Shown here: positions 1 through 9,643 of the stretch, one piece after another
Layout: the number at the start of each line of letters is the position of its first letter
Position numbering within the stretch: position 1 is the first letter of the stretch
DNA from: Promethearchaeota archaeon
GTDB taxonomy: Archaea; Asgardarchaeota; Lokiarchaeia; Sigyniarchaeales; SOKP01
Length of the DNA stretch: 64,000 nucleotides
Assembly: GCA_019057865.1 (NCBI GenBank)
Contig: JAHLWP010000003.1
Coordinates: forward strand, 148,192 to 212,191
Direction: 5' to 3'
Translations under genes and position numbers: made by a program
The notes under the pieces: model-generated
Seen by the model: the letters and a program-made list of their open reading frames with translations, nothing else
Databases searched by the model: none
What the model was told of the DNA's origin: nothing

Positions 1-1
1 G

Positions 2-226
2 AATGTTTTTGCAGAAGATTTAGATGCCCTAACGCAATATTGTGAAGAAATACATTTACAAATGGATGACAATGAAAATTTAGAAATAATAATAAATATT
101 AGTGTGGAATCTAATAATTATGTTGAGCATAATAAGAGATTGCCTTTAAGGTTTAGAGATTTGCGATTAATTTTTAATTTTATAACACGAATTTATAATG
201 ATTATTATATTATTTGGGTAGATTAA
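2..226 (+). CDS. 3' end of a hypothetical protein (partial, runs off window start)
   Basis: Frame 2 is open from the window edge (NVFAEDLDALTQYCEE...IIWVD) to TAA at 224-226, just before the RBS of the next gene. Confidence 0.7.
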   Translation, partial: NVFAEDLDALTQYCEEIHLQMDDNENLEIIINISVESNNYVEHNKRLPLRFRDLRLIFNFITRIYNDYYIIWVD

Positions 227-251
227 ATAAGAAGAGAAGAGGTTAATAATA

Positions 252-1496
252 ATGAATGAGGTTAATAAAAATGATCAGGAAATTCAAATCGTTAAAGATT
301 TTGTAAAAGATGGGAGAATTGATGATGCTGTAAAAACAATCGCCAGTTATTTGGGTAATCCAACAGAAGAAAAATATATAGAAAGATTAGAAAATATTAT
401 AGAAACGTTACTACCTCTTCATGGAGGTAGAACAGTATTGAGATTTTTAATTGAAAACTTAATTATTGATATACCTACTTTATTAAAAAACCTTTCAAAA
501 AAAGACTCGTTATTGAGATATACCTTTTTACTATTACTGAAAACAATGTGTGAAAACGAATGTGATTTATTCCTCCCTCATAGTGAAGATTTATTAAATT
601 CTAATGATCCTAATGTCCGAGAAGCGGCTTTACAATTATTAATATACATGGCAGGTGGAGAAACTGATATTGATGATGAGGCTCTTATAAAAACAATTAT
701 ATTAAAATTACCAGATGATAAAGATTTTGTAGTTGAAAAAGCTATTCAAACTCTAAAAGCGATAGGTAGGAATAACCCAACCGTAATAACTAGAATCTTA
801 TCTGATTATGCAAAAGAAATACTAAATATTCCCGAGAATGAAGATTTAAAAAAATCCATAGATTCAATATTAAAATCCATAGTTTCCATTGATAAAATAG
901 GAGAAATTGTAGAAGAAGAAAAGATGGAAAGACATTTGGAAAAGGAAGAATCAGAACTTTTAGATAAAGAATTGGAACTAAAAAAGAAAGAATTAGAGAT
1001 TAAAAAGAAAAAATTGGAATTAGAAGAAAAAGAGAGAGAAATTGAAGAAAAGGCAATGCAAACGAAAGAGGAGGCATTAAGACTAAAAGAGGAAAGAATA
1101 ACGAAAGAACAAGAATTAGGTGAAGAGAAAGAAATTAAAGAAAAACCTGCAAAAGTAAAAATACCAAAAAAGCTAAAGAAGGAAGAATCGGAAATTATTG
1201 ACAAAGAATTGGAACTAAAAAAGAAAGAAATAGAGATTAAGAAGAAAAAATTGGCATTAGAAGAAAAAGAGAAGGCATTAGAAGAAAAAGAAATCTTAGA
1301 GAAGGAAAAGGTATTAAAATTAAAAGAAGAATTAATTGAAAAGGAAAAGGAACTATCTCAAGTAGAGTTAGAACTAAAGCAAAAAGCAATTGAACAAAAA
1401 GAACAGAAACTTAAAGAAGAAGAAATCAAAAGGATTAAAGAAGAGCTTAAAAAAATAGAACATAACAAAGAAGAAAATGAAGAATCTCTGAAATAA
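252..1496 (+). CDS. HEAT-repeat protein with long Glu/Lys-rich coiled-coil tail
   Basis: HEAT-like motifs (LLNSNDPNVREAALQLL; LPDDKDFVVEKAIQTLKAI) followed by an E/K-rich tail of about 190 aa; GAGGT RBS upstream. Confidence 0.75.
   Translation: MNEVNKNDQEIQIVKDFVKDGRIDDAVKTIASYLGNPTEEKYIERLENIIETLLPLHGGRTVLRFLIENLIIDIPTLLKNLSKKDSLLRYTFLLLLKTMCENECDLFLPHSEDLLNSNDPNVREAALQLLIYMAGGETDIDDEALIKTIILKLPDDKDFVVEKAIQTLKAIGRNNPTVITRILSDYAKEILNIPENEDLKKSIDSILKSIVSIDKIGEIVEEEKMERHLEKEESELLDKELELKKKELEIKKKKLELEEKEREIEEKAMQTKEEALRLKEERITKEQELGEEKEIKEKPAKVKIPKKLKKEESEIIDKELELKKKEIEIKKKKLALEEKEKALEEKEILEKEKVLKLKEELIEKEKELSQVELELKQKAIEQKEQKLKEEEIKRIKEELKKIEHNKEENEESLK
941..1273 (+). repeat. Intragenic ~95-bp direct repeat (about 941-1036 and 1178-1273)
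   Basis: KEESELLDKELELKKKELEIKKKKLELEEKE versus KEESEIIDKELELKKKEIEIKKKKLALEEKE, near-identical at the DNA level. Confidence 0.85.
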
Positions 1497-1499
1497 GTT

Positions 1500-2525
1500 T
1501 CATTCCTCATCAAAATCAATACTAGATTGGGGTTTATTCTCAGTAATAGGAGTTTTATGTAATCTTCTCACTAATTTTCGAACTTCTTCTATTTTCATAC
1601 TTTCTGGGGCTAAACTCAATTGAATTTTTTTTGCTAGATCATATGCTAGCTCAATATAATTTAGATCTTCGAGAAATTCTACAATTTGAATTTTACAATC
1701 TATATCTTCTATTCCTTCTCCATATTCTAATAATTTTTCTTTGAGTAAAATATCTATCTTATCAGATCTCTCAACATATTTTACCTTTCTGACTAATTGC
1801 TTAAAACTGTTCATTAAATTATATATTTCAGAATCAGCATAGCTATCAATATTTTTCAACACATGGAAAATATAAATTTCCGCCTTTTCCCATCTTTTAA
1901 ATTTTAAACTCGATTCGATTAATTCTAAAAGAGCTAACTCATAGAGAAATTTACTTTCAATACTAGGTATAATTTTTTCAAAAATCCAATCTAATAAATT
2001 AGGTAAATCAAATTTCTCAATAATATCTAGTAAGAATTTCTCTACAGTAAAATATAACTTTGCATTTTCTGTTTTTGTAGAAGTTAGGAAAGAAACTAAA
2101 GCATACTTAACTCTACCCATAGCATCTTCAAGATTTAAAGGTTTTTCTGCAAATTTGTAAAATGCTGATTCTAAAATCGGTTGAATCTTATCTTTAGCGT
2201 CGAAATCATAAACAAAATATTCTCCCCAACTTGGCGTAGGTCCGATGCTTTTTCTGGATTTTGTAGATTGTTTCTGCTTGGTTTTTTGAGGTAATTTAGG
2301 TTGTTTAGCCTTTAATTCATCAGATAGTTGTTTTGCTTGTTCTTCAGATATAAATCTAAGAATTATTTTATCTTTTTCTTTTGGAACAGTTAATCTGAAA
2401 AATACATCTTCTTCTTCATCTTCAAATAATACATCTCTTAAATTCTTTGGAAAGGTAATTCCAGTTTTAGTTTTTTTAATTATTTCCTCAAATAAAGGAG
2501 TATCTTTGGAATTCTCTTCTGCCAT
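1500..2525 (-). CDS. Hypothetical protein: AbrB/SpoVT-like N-terminus plus alpha-helical (TPR-like) C-terminus
   Basis: KTGITFPKNLRDVL...VFFRLTV...KIILR resembles the AbrB swapped hairpin (ITIPKxxR); the rest is helical repeats. Confidence 0.5.
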   Translation of the reverse strand: MAEENSKDTPLFEEIIKKTKTGITFPKNLRDVLFEDEEEDVFFRLTVPKEKDKIILRFISEEQAKQLSDELKAKQPKLPQKTKQKQSTKSRKSIGPTPSWGEYFVYDFDAKDKIQPILESAFYKFAEKPLNLEDAMGRVKYALVSFLTSTKTENAKLYFTVEKFLLDIIEKFDLPNLLDWIFEKIIPSIESKFLYELALLELIESSLKFKRWEKAEIYIFHVLKNIDSYADSEIYNLMNSFKQLVRKVKYVERSDKIDILLKEKLLEYGEGIEDIDCKIQIVEFLEDLNYIELAYDLAKKIQLSLAPESMKIEEVRKLVRRLHKTPITENKPQSSIDFDEE

Positions 2526-2594
2526 AATTATTAAATTGTTTAGTTATTTTATAACTTTAATATTATATTATTAATTTTATTAATTTCTTTATTA

Positions 2595-3197
2595 TTACCC
2601 TGTAATATTAACTAATTCTACTCCACGTACATCAAAATTTTGATCAATAAAGCATAAAATAGCGTGCCCCTCATGAACATATACTATTGGAACAGGATAA
2701 GATTCAGCATTTTCAATAAAATTTTTTTTAACAAATAAAGTTAGAACTTTATTACATACTCTACATTCAACATTTATACTTTTTATTAAGCCTAAATCTG
2801 CAAACCTTTCTATAATATCTTCAATTTCATTTTTAAAAGCATTAAAAATATTAATAGAAAAATTTCCATAGGACAAAATTACCTCCACATCATATATATC
2901 ATGAAATTTAAAACTTACATGATCCAATAAAGCTTCCAATAATTGAAATTGTACTTCATTTCTCGAACCAACAGTATATATTAAATTATCTCTTCTGATA
3001 TGTACAATTTTCATATTTCCCTTGGTTAAATGAAAGAAAATATCATTAACTGGATTTTGTTTGACAATATTTAAATCTAAATCATATCTTTTAAATGATC
3101 TAACAGGTTTCCACTCAAACAATGTGAAATTTTCATTACTTATATTGATAAATTCAAGATACTCTCCGATATTTTTATATACTGGCATTTGACTCAC
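2595..3197 (-). CDS. Longin-like domain plus C-terminal Cys/His zinc-binding domain
   Basis: Beta-alpha pattern ending LLEALLDHVSFKFHDIY...FNAFKNEIEDII; C-terminal CRVC...PVPIVYVHEGHAILCFIDQNFDVRG. Confidence 0.5.
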   Translation of the reverse strand: MSQMPVYKNIGEYLEFINISNENFTLFEWKPVRSFKRYDLDLNIVKQNPVNDIFFHLTKGNMKIVHIRRDNLIYTVGSRNEVQFQLLEALLDHVSFKFHDIYDVEVILSYGNFSINIFNAFKNEIEDIIERFADLGLIKSINVECRVCNKVLTLFVKKNFIENAESYPVPIVYVHEGHAILCFIDQNFDVRGVELVNITG

Positions 3198-3415
3198 ATT
3201 AAATACTTAAATATTAATACTTTTAAAGTGATAATTATTCAAAATTACTATTATAACTAATTAATGGTAATTTCAATATAAATATCTTTCATGAACGATA
3301 TCAATTTTTTTGAATCGGTTCTTAATTAATAATATAAATTATAAAGGAAGATTTTTAATTTTTAATAACTCTCCTTGATAAAAAGTTTAAAAATTCCAAT
3401 AATGAGTGAGCAAAA

Positions 3416-4258
3416 TTGGATAAAAAGAAAATTAAAAGAGAAATTGACACTTTTCAAGAAACACATATAATAAAAGAGTATGAAACTTTATCTTTTTCTG
3501 TAGTATTGGTTAAACCTGAGCATGCAGGGAATATTGGTTCTATAGCACGTCTAATGGAAAATTTCAACTTTAAAAAGCTTGTTATTTTTAATCCAATTGA
3601 AGAAATTGAAAAAATATTCAGTTATGAAACCCAAGGATTTGCTATGCATGGAAAAGATATTCTTTTTAATGCTGAAGTAATAATTATTCAAGACCAAGAA
3701 GATCATCTATCTAAATTTAAAAAATATTTAGAAGGATTTGATTTAGTTATTGCTACAACTGCCAAAGGCGAAAGTTACTCAAATATTAGAAGATTAGCGA
3801 TTTTCCCTGAAGACTTAATATTTCCAAAATCCGAAACTCAATTAAAAATTGCTATACTTTTTGGTAAGGAGTCTCGAGGTTTAACTAATGAAGAAATCAA
3901 CTTTGTAGATATATTATTAAGAATCCCTACAGGATTTAATTACCCTACTTTAAATATTTCACACGCTTGTGGAATAGTATTATATGAAATATTTAAAAAA
4001 ATAAGCGTATTAACAATTGGACGAGGTAAAAAACCTGTTCTTTATGCAAATAAAGAAGACCGTCTTACTCTTTATAAATTTATAGATCATCTTATTGAAA
4101 AGTTGAAAATAAGATCTCATAAAAAAGAAAATGTATTTTTTGCGTTTAAAAATGTTTTTGAACGTGCTTTTATGTCAAAAAAAGAATTGAGTTTAATAAC
4201 AGGATTATTTTCCAAAGTAGATTCAATTTTAAGTAATATAAGCTTATATGAGAGTTGA
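3416..4258 (+). CDS. trmJ: tRNA (cytidine/uridine-2'-O)-methyltransferase, SPOUT TrmJ/TrmH family
   Basis: VVLVKPEHAGNIGSIARLMENF, ILFGKESRGLTNEE and PTLNISHACGIVLYE SPOUT motifs. Confidence 0.85.
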   Translation: MDKKKIKREIDTFQETHIIKEYETLSFSVVLVKPEHAGNIGSIARLMENFNFKKLVIFNPIEEIEKIFSYETQGFAMHGKDILFNAEVIIIQDQEDHLSKFKKYLEGFDLVIATTAKGESYSNIRRLAIFPEDLIFPKSETQLKIAILFGKESRGLTNEEINFVDILLRIPTGFNYPTLNISHACGIVLYEIFKKISVLTIGRGKKPVLYANKEDRLTLYKFIDHLIEKLKIRSHKKENVFFAFKNVFERAFMSKKELSLITGLFSKVDSILSNISLYES

Positions 4259-4292
4259 TTTAAGGAAATTAAAAAAATTTAAATTAAAAAAA

Positions 4293-4943
4293 TTAAATAA
4301 GATATTTTTGCTGTAATTCAACATAATCATAATAATCTTGAAATTTTTCTTCTACAAATTCGAAAGTTATCTCGTAAAATTGTCGAAAGAGTTCTTCTGG
4401 AAAGATATTCTCCTCAAAAATTATTTTTGAAACTAATTGTTCAGTTAAGATTTGTGAATTGATTGGCTTATTATATAGTAAAAACTTCATCATAGATTTT
4501 TCAACAGTAGTTTTAACTATACTTTTCACAAACTTTAAACCTAAATCAGAATCAGGGTCAAGAAAATATGGATAATTCATATCATCCAAGATTTTTATCA
4601 AGTTTAATTTGTTTGAGATCTTATCTACACTGTATTCTAATGAGCTAGGCTGAAGTCCAAACTTCTCACAAAAATCTTGTTTTGATTCATGAAGAGGAAA
4701 TGCTAAAGGGTGTCTTGAGATAATGTAATATGCAGAAATCAGGAATTTAAACAAGTTATGAGGGATTTTATCACATTTCCTCAAATATCGATAGATTAAT
4801 GTAATCGTATCTAGTAATAAATCAAAATTAATGTCGAGTTGCTCCAAAAATTCTTGGCTTTCTTTTAATAAATCAACCGTTATCCTTTCTTTTGTATTAA
4901 GTATTTCATAATTAGGTGTATAAAGTTCTAACATTTCACACAC
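4293..4943 (-). CDS. TFIIB/cyclin-fold-like orphan protein
   Basis: Helical pattern (ITLIYRYLRK...LISAYYIISR...SKQDFCEKFGLQPSSL) resembles a TFB cyclin repeat; no zinc ribbon. Confidence 0.45.
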   Translation of the reverse strand: MCEMLELYTPNYEILNTKERITVDLLKESQEFLEQLDINFDLLLDTITLIYRYLRKCDKIPHNLFKFLISAYYIISRHPLAFPLHESKQDFCEKFGLQPSSLEYSVDKISNKLNLIKILDDMNYPYFLDPDSDLGLKFVKSIVKTTVEKSMMKFLLYNKPINSQILTEQLVSKIIFEENIFPEELFRQFYEITFEFVEEKFQDYYDYVELQQKYLI

Positions 4944-5021
4944 AAATCCTTTACTTATTTATTTTTTATTGTAATATTGATATGATATTTCGATATTATA
5001 CATATAGTACTTTTTATATTT

Positions 5022-5071
5022 AAATGTTGCATCACAATTGATGCATTTTAGGATCAAAAATGCAAACATTT
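5022..5071. promoter_or_regulatory. Nested inverted repeats between divergent TATA-like boxes (candidate operator)
   Basis: TGCATCA-caat-TGATGCA at 5028-5045; AAATGTTGCAT (5022-5032) versus ATGCAAACATTT (5060-5071); TTTATAT(A) tracts on both sides. Confidence 0.5.
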
Positions 5072-5123
5072 ATATATTTATAAATTCATTTTTATATCAG
5101 TGTTTTTGTCGGAGTAAATTAAA

Positions 5124-5591
5124 ATGCCACCTGAATCTAAATCTCAAGATGATTCTGAAGAAAGAAAAAAAAGAATTACTGTTAAACTAGATGGATTCGA
5201 TCGTAAAGTCATTAATAAGATGGCAACAAATAGAAATATCTCTCTATCCCAGGCTATAAGAAATATAGTACACCAATGGATTGAAAGTAATCCCGATTTA
5301 TTGAAAAAAAATTACGGAATTAGTGTTGAAGAAATTTCTGAGGAAATTGCTTTAGAAACAGCAAGTATAACATTAGATAAAACTTTGCAACCATATGAGA
5401 AAGATATAATAAAAGAACTACCTAATTTTTTTGAAATGGTTGATGATGTTAGTTTAGAAGATTTAGCAGAATATTTTGATATTAGTATAAAAGCTATTAA
5501 AAATCTAATCTTTACACATAGCGTAAAAATAAAAGAATTAGGATTGCGTTTAATGTATAGAGGAGACAGAATATATAAATACATAGAATAA
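5124..5591 (+). CDS. Ribbon-helix-helix (CopG-like) regulator with C-terminal winged-helix/PCI-like domain
   Basis: RITVKLDGFDRKVINKMATNRNISLSQAIRNIV is RHH-like; VSLEDLAEYFDISIKAIKNLI is HTH-like. Confidence 0.7.
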   Translation: MPPESKSQDDSEERKKRITVKLDGFDRKVINKMATNRNISLSQAIRNIVHQWIESNPDLLKKNYGISVEEISEEIALETASITLDKTLQPYEKDIIKELPNFFEMVDDVSLEDLAEYFDISIKAIKNLIFTHSVKIKELGLRLMYRGDRIYKYIE

Positions 5592-5613
5592 AAATTAAAT
5601 TAGTAGACTAAAA

Positions 5614-5874
5614 ATGAGTTCTGGAAAAATAGAAAAGTTTTACAATGATGTTTTAAAGAGCAGATTTAATAATTCAGTCGATCATTATTTTTCTCTTTCT
5701 AGTTGCGTAATCCCTTTTTCATCTTTATCTAAAAATAAACAATCTTCTTGTATTTATTTTGGTAATGAAAAGATACCATTTAAAGAGAGACATCCAGAAT
5801 TTAGGATGATATTAAGAAATGAATTTTCTAATGTTATAAAGGAATTCAGTAGAAATCTTAATAATAATAAATAA
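5614..5874 (+). CDS. Small hypothetical protein, paralogue of 8740..9000
   Basis: Shares VIPFS...IYxGNExIPFxxxxPEFxxILxxEF with the 8740 ORF. Confidence 0.7.
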   Translation: MSSGKIEKFYNDVLKSRFNNSVDHYFSLSSCVIPFSSLSKNKQSSCIYFGNEKIPFKERHPEFRMILRNEFSNVIKEFSRNLNNNK

Positions 5875-5912
5875 AGATTTTTTCAACTTAACAGAATAAA
5901 GAGTAAAATAGC

Positions 5913-6269
5913 TTATTCATAAAGAACGCAAGCTATCAAGATAAATTTCCATGGAACTTCATTTCCATCGTATACTAAAGATTTAACATCATCAAAAGGC
6001 TCTTTACCGGAAAAAGTTTAAAAACTTTCCAAGCCCTTTCCTATAGCTTTTTCATCTTCTAATATTTCTAAAAATCGTTCTTTAATCCCTGCCCAATAAA
6101 TTTGTTTCAAATCTATTATCTTTTTTAGTTCAGGCAAATCAATTAAACCTTCCGTGACTAAATTCTCACTAACCAGATGGAAGTATTTACTAAATTTTCT
6201 AGAAACTTCTTCTGGATTACCTTCTATTCGATTGTACAAAAAAACCAATCCAATTGCATTCATTTTCAA
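5913..6269 (-). pseudogene. Hypothetical protein interrupted at about 6018-6035 (compensating indels or sequencing error)
   Basis: After the TAA at 6018-6020 the same frame continues TFSGKEPFDDVKSLVYDGNEVPWKFILIACVLYE to TAA at 5913-5915; the shifted frame across the break reads AWKVFK. Confidence 0.6.
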
Positions 6270-6414
6270 TTAAGTCTTTTAATGATATGTTTTGAAAAAT
6301 TATTCTTCTTTTTAATAAATTGATATTATTAACCATAAAGCTTATTATTCTTTTTATTAAATATCAGAATTGATAAGTTTTTTATTCTTATATCATATAA
6401 GAAGGAATTTAAGC

Positions 6415-6612
6415 ATGCCAAAAGTATGTAAATGGTATTTTTGCTGTCCCATAAAATATTATGTGGAAAGTGGTAAACTTGAGAGAAAATGGATTGAAGA
6501 ATATTGCTTGATAAGTAATATTGATTGTGTAAGATACGAAATGGAAGAAAATGGTATAGAACACCCTGATAATATGCTTCCTAACGGAGAAATCAGAGAA
6601 GGATTAAGATAA
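6415..6612 (+). CDS. Small Cys-rich protein (probable start ATG 6415)
   Basis: MPKVCKWYFCCP...YC...CVRY...HPDNMLPNG; AAGGA RBS before ATG 6415. Confidence 0.7.
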   Translation: MPKVCKWYFCCPIKYYVESGKLERKWIEEYCLISNIDCVRYEMEENGIEHPDNMLPNGEIREGLR

Positions 6613-6692
6613 AAAGTGAAAAATGCTCTAATAAATTTTATAATTCATATTGAATTAAAATTCAATAATTCTAAATAGTAAGAGAGAATAAA

Positions 6693-7886
6693 TTGGAGAT
6701 TCGAAAACTTACGGAAAAAGACAGATTGTCTTATAGAAAGATCTGTCGTTACGCATTCTCAGCTTCAGAAAACAATTATGAGAAGTTAGATTGGCCACCT
6801 GATGATATGCCAATTAATCGATTTTATGGCGCTTTTGATAATGATGTACTAATAGCCGGAAGTGGAATAATTCCATTTGAAATAAAAGTACGCTCCAAAA
6901 CATTTAAAATGGGAGGAGTTGATGGAGTAGCAACAAAACCTGAATTCCGTAATCGTGGGGTAATACGAGAAATTTTTAAGCAAATTTATCAAGATTTGTA
7001 CAAAAATAAAATTCCAATCTCAGTGCTATATCCTTTTAAAATTTCTTACTATGAAAAGTTGAGTTATGCTGTTGTTAATGAAGAAATTTTGTATCATTTT
7101 GAAATTTCAAGTATCATTGATAGAAAAACAAATTACTTCATGAAAGAAGTTGAGGAAATAAATGAAGATATTAAACACGTGTATGATCAAATAATAAACA
7201 AGTATGATTATATCGCTAAACGATCAGAAATACAATGGAAAGACTTAAAAAAATCAAACTATAAGTTTATATGCTATGATAAAGATCGACCAGTTGGTTA
7301 TATTTTTCTTCACTTTCCGAAAAAGGATACACCGTGGTGGGAACAACTGGACCATATTCAAAATACTATTTACATCCGAGAAACTTTTTGGCTTAATCAA
7401 TCTGCTAAACAAACAATTTTCAACTTTCTATGGAGTCACCGAGATCAACGAAAATATATTGCAGGAGCTTTTCCAGTAAATGAAAATATTATAGGGTTGC
7501 TAAATAATCCACGAATTTTAGCGCGTGAAATACATCCAAATTCTATGCTAAGAATAATTGATGTAAAAACCATATTAGAGTCCTTGAATTATTCGATTAG
7601 TGATTTTAGCATTTCAATTCGCGTCCATGATAAAGATTGCCCATGGAATAATAGCAATTTTCTCTTAACATCAGATAATAAAATAATAAACGTTAAGTTT
7701 GAAGAAAATAAAGAAGAACCTATTGATTTAGAAATAGATATAAGTCATTTTGCTCAGTTGCTCGTAGGATTTAGAACAATTGATGATTTATTGGAATATG
7801 ATTTTGTTACAATTAATGAAAAGAAATTAGAATTGATAAAAAAACTTTTCCCCCTTGCAAGTAGTAATTTCTCTGATTTTTTTTAA
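6693..7886 (+). CDS. Eis-family GNAT acetyltransferase (tandem GNAT plus SCP2-like C-terminus)
   Basis: GVATKPEFRNRG acetyl-CoA motif, SVLYPF..YYEK, MLRIIDV and DKDCPWNN. Confidence 0.9.
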   Translation: MEIRKLTEKDRLSYRKICRYAFSASENNYEKLDWPPDDMPINRFYGAFDNDVLIAGSGIIPFEIKVRSKTFKMGGVDGVATKPEFRNRGVIREIFKQIYQDLYKNKIPISVLYPFKISYYEKLSYAVVNEEILYHFEISSIIDRKTNYFMKEVEEINEDIKHVYDQIINKYDYIAKRSEIQWKDLKKSNYKFICYDKDRPVGYIFLHFPKKDTPWWEQLDHIQNTIYIRETFWLNQSAKQTIFNFLWSHRDQRKYIAGAFPVNENIIGLLNNPRILAREIHPNSMLRIIDVKTILESLNYSISDFSISIRVHDKDCPWNNSNFLLTSDNKIINVKFEENKEEPIDLEIDISHFAQLLVGFRTIDDLLEYDFVTINEKKLELIKKLFPLASSNFSDFF

Positions 7887-8034
7887 TTAATAGATTATTA
7901 TTAGATGATATCTCTATTTTTTAGATTAATTACAAAATTATTAATTTAAAAACTTTTAAAGAACAAAAAATATCTCACTTTTTATATTTTCGTAAAGAAT
8001 TACCTTTAAACTAATATTCTGACTTGGATAAAAA

Positions 8035-8355
8035 GTGAATTCGCAATTATTAGAAAAGAAAGTTGAGGATCTTCTAGAAAAAATTCTAAAACCAGAGGAA
8101 TCACAAAATAAAAGGAGAATTCAAAGAATAAAATTTCGACTATTATCTAAACTTGTAGCTGATTTATTCAACAACAAGGATTCAAAAGAATGTTTTCATA
8201 ATATCTCAAATCTAATAATTTTGATGCTTAATTTGTATAAAGATACTTTTCCTGTTGATAATTTTCCAAATAAAGAAAAAGATAGAGCAGTAAAGTCGAC
8301 GACTAAACATAAACATATATTGAAGCAAGAATTCCTAATGAAAGAGAAACTTTAG
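8035..8355 (+). CDS. Small hypothetical protein, distant member of the 5614/8740 family
   Basis: NISNLII...PVD...ILKQEF aligns loosely with DISTLVI...PSD...ILIYEF. Confidence 0.55.
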   Translation: MNSQLLEKKVEDLLEKILKPEESQNKRRIQRIKFRLLSKLVADLFNNKDSKECFHNISNLIILMLNLYKDTFPVDNFPNKEKDRAVKSTTKHKHILKQEFLMKEKL

Positions 8356-8365
8356 GAGGTAAAAG

Positions 8366-8650
8366 ATGGGTTTAAATGTTGGAAAGATAAAACAATCATA
8401 TCTAATCCATCAAAAACCAGATTTTAAAAGGTCATCTGTAATCGAGAATGAAAATGATAAGATTAATTGTATTATTACAAGAGATTCGATAATTATTACT
8501 AATGAGAATTTAGCAATAATAAAAATTCTACATTCTCTTTTATTAACTAATTCAAATCTAACTAATAAACAAAAGCTGGACTATTGTAAAAGTGAAAGAT
8601 TCTTCATGAAATTATATTTGAGGGAGATAATAAAAAATCTTAAGAGATAA
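8366..8650 (+). CDS. Hypothetical protein
   Basis: ORF with a strong AGGAGGT RBS. Confidence 0.6.
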   Translation: MGLNVGKIKQSYLIHQKPDFKRSSVIENENDKINCIITRDSIIITNENLAIIKILHSLLLTNSNLTNKQKLDYCKSERFFMKLYLREIIKNLKR

Positions 8651-8739
8651 TTAATATTCGATTTTAGTTTTATTACTAAATTTGTCGAGAGTTTTCTTTT
8701 AAATACGACTGATATTATAATATGGTTAAATAAATTAAT

Positions 8740-9000
8740 GTGAGATTGAAATTGAGTTTAGAATTAATAAGTAAAGGAATCAATAATATAGAGAAAAGAA
8801 AACAAGTTAATACTCCTGAAGAGTTTATTGACATATCAACTTTAGTAATTCCTTTTTCTACCATTTTTGAAAAATTAACTCCTTCAGATATTTATACCGG
8901 AAATGAGATTATTCCTTTTGAAAAAAAAGACCCAGAATTCAAACTTATATTAATTTATGAGTTTGAAAATGCGTTAGAAGAATTTAAACATTCTGTTTAA
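8740..9000 (+). CDS. Small hypothetical protein, paralogue of 5614..5874
   Basis: VIPFSTIF...IYTGNEIIPFEKKDPEFKLILIYEF. Confidence 0.7.
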   Translation: MRLKLSLELISKGINNIEKRKQVNTPEEFIDISTLVIPFSTIFEKLTPSDIYTGNEIIPFEKKDPEFKLILIYEFENALEEFKHSV

Positions 9001-9643
9001 GTTCTAAATCATCACCAATTAATGCATATCTGCAAAAAACTTGATTCTGAGGCATGAACTTCTTGAATTGTTACTAAAAGAAAAAATTTAAATTAATATT
9101 TATTATTCAACTTTTTTCTTATTGTTGCTCTTTATACAATTTTTTAATATATGCCCGTAATCTCTCAAAACTTTCTTCTTCTCCTTGGTTAGCAGAACAA
9201 CAAAAAATTTAATAAAAGACTAAAGATACTTAACTTTTTAAATATAAATTTCCTATATCTAAACATGTTAAAGGCAACTAATTTTAAAAATGCAATTTTA
9301 TTCTCTTTATTACTAACTATTTCCATATATCTTGGAACCTTTATCCCCGTGTTAAGTTTCTTTTTCTTACAACGATTTTCCAAAACCAATCCCGACAATA
9401 GTGATTTGGTCTCAAAAAGTCTTAGCGCAATGAATGATTTTGCTATTCCCTCTTTCGAATTCTAATAATTATTATTTTTTTTCTATATTATTTTTAAATG
9501 TTATAAATTAAAGGTGAAAGTAAAATTTTCTCATTAACTTCCCTACAGGAAGTTTTTCAAAAACATTTAATTGAAATAATTATAAATATGACCTAAATTC
9601 TATATAGTTTTAATAAAAACTATATGTTAAAAATAAAAATAAG

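Noticed and set aside
806-1204. 132-aa minus-strand ORF, and similar Ser/Phe-rich shadow ORFs at 35285, 49800, 49822, 57439 and elsewhere
   Set aside because: Antisense shadows of Glu/Lys-rich real genes; no independent motifs.
9001-9480. Overlapping ORFs 9189..9398 (-) and 9265..9465 (+)
   Set aside because: No RBS or motifs; the region looks like decayed coding sequence that I could not assign.
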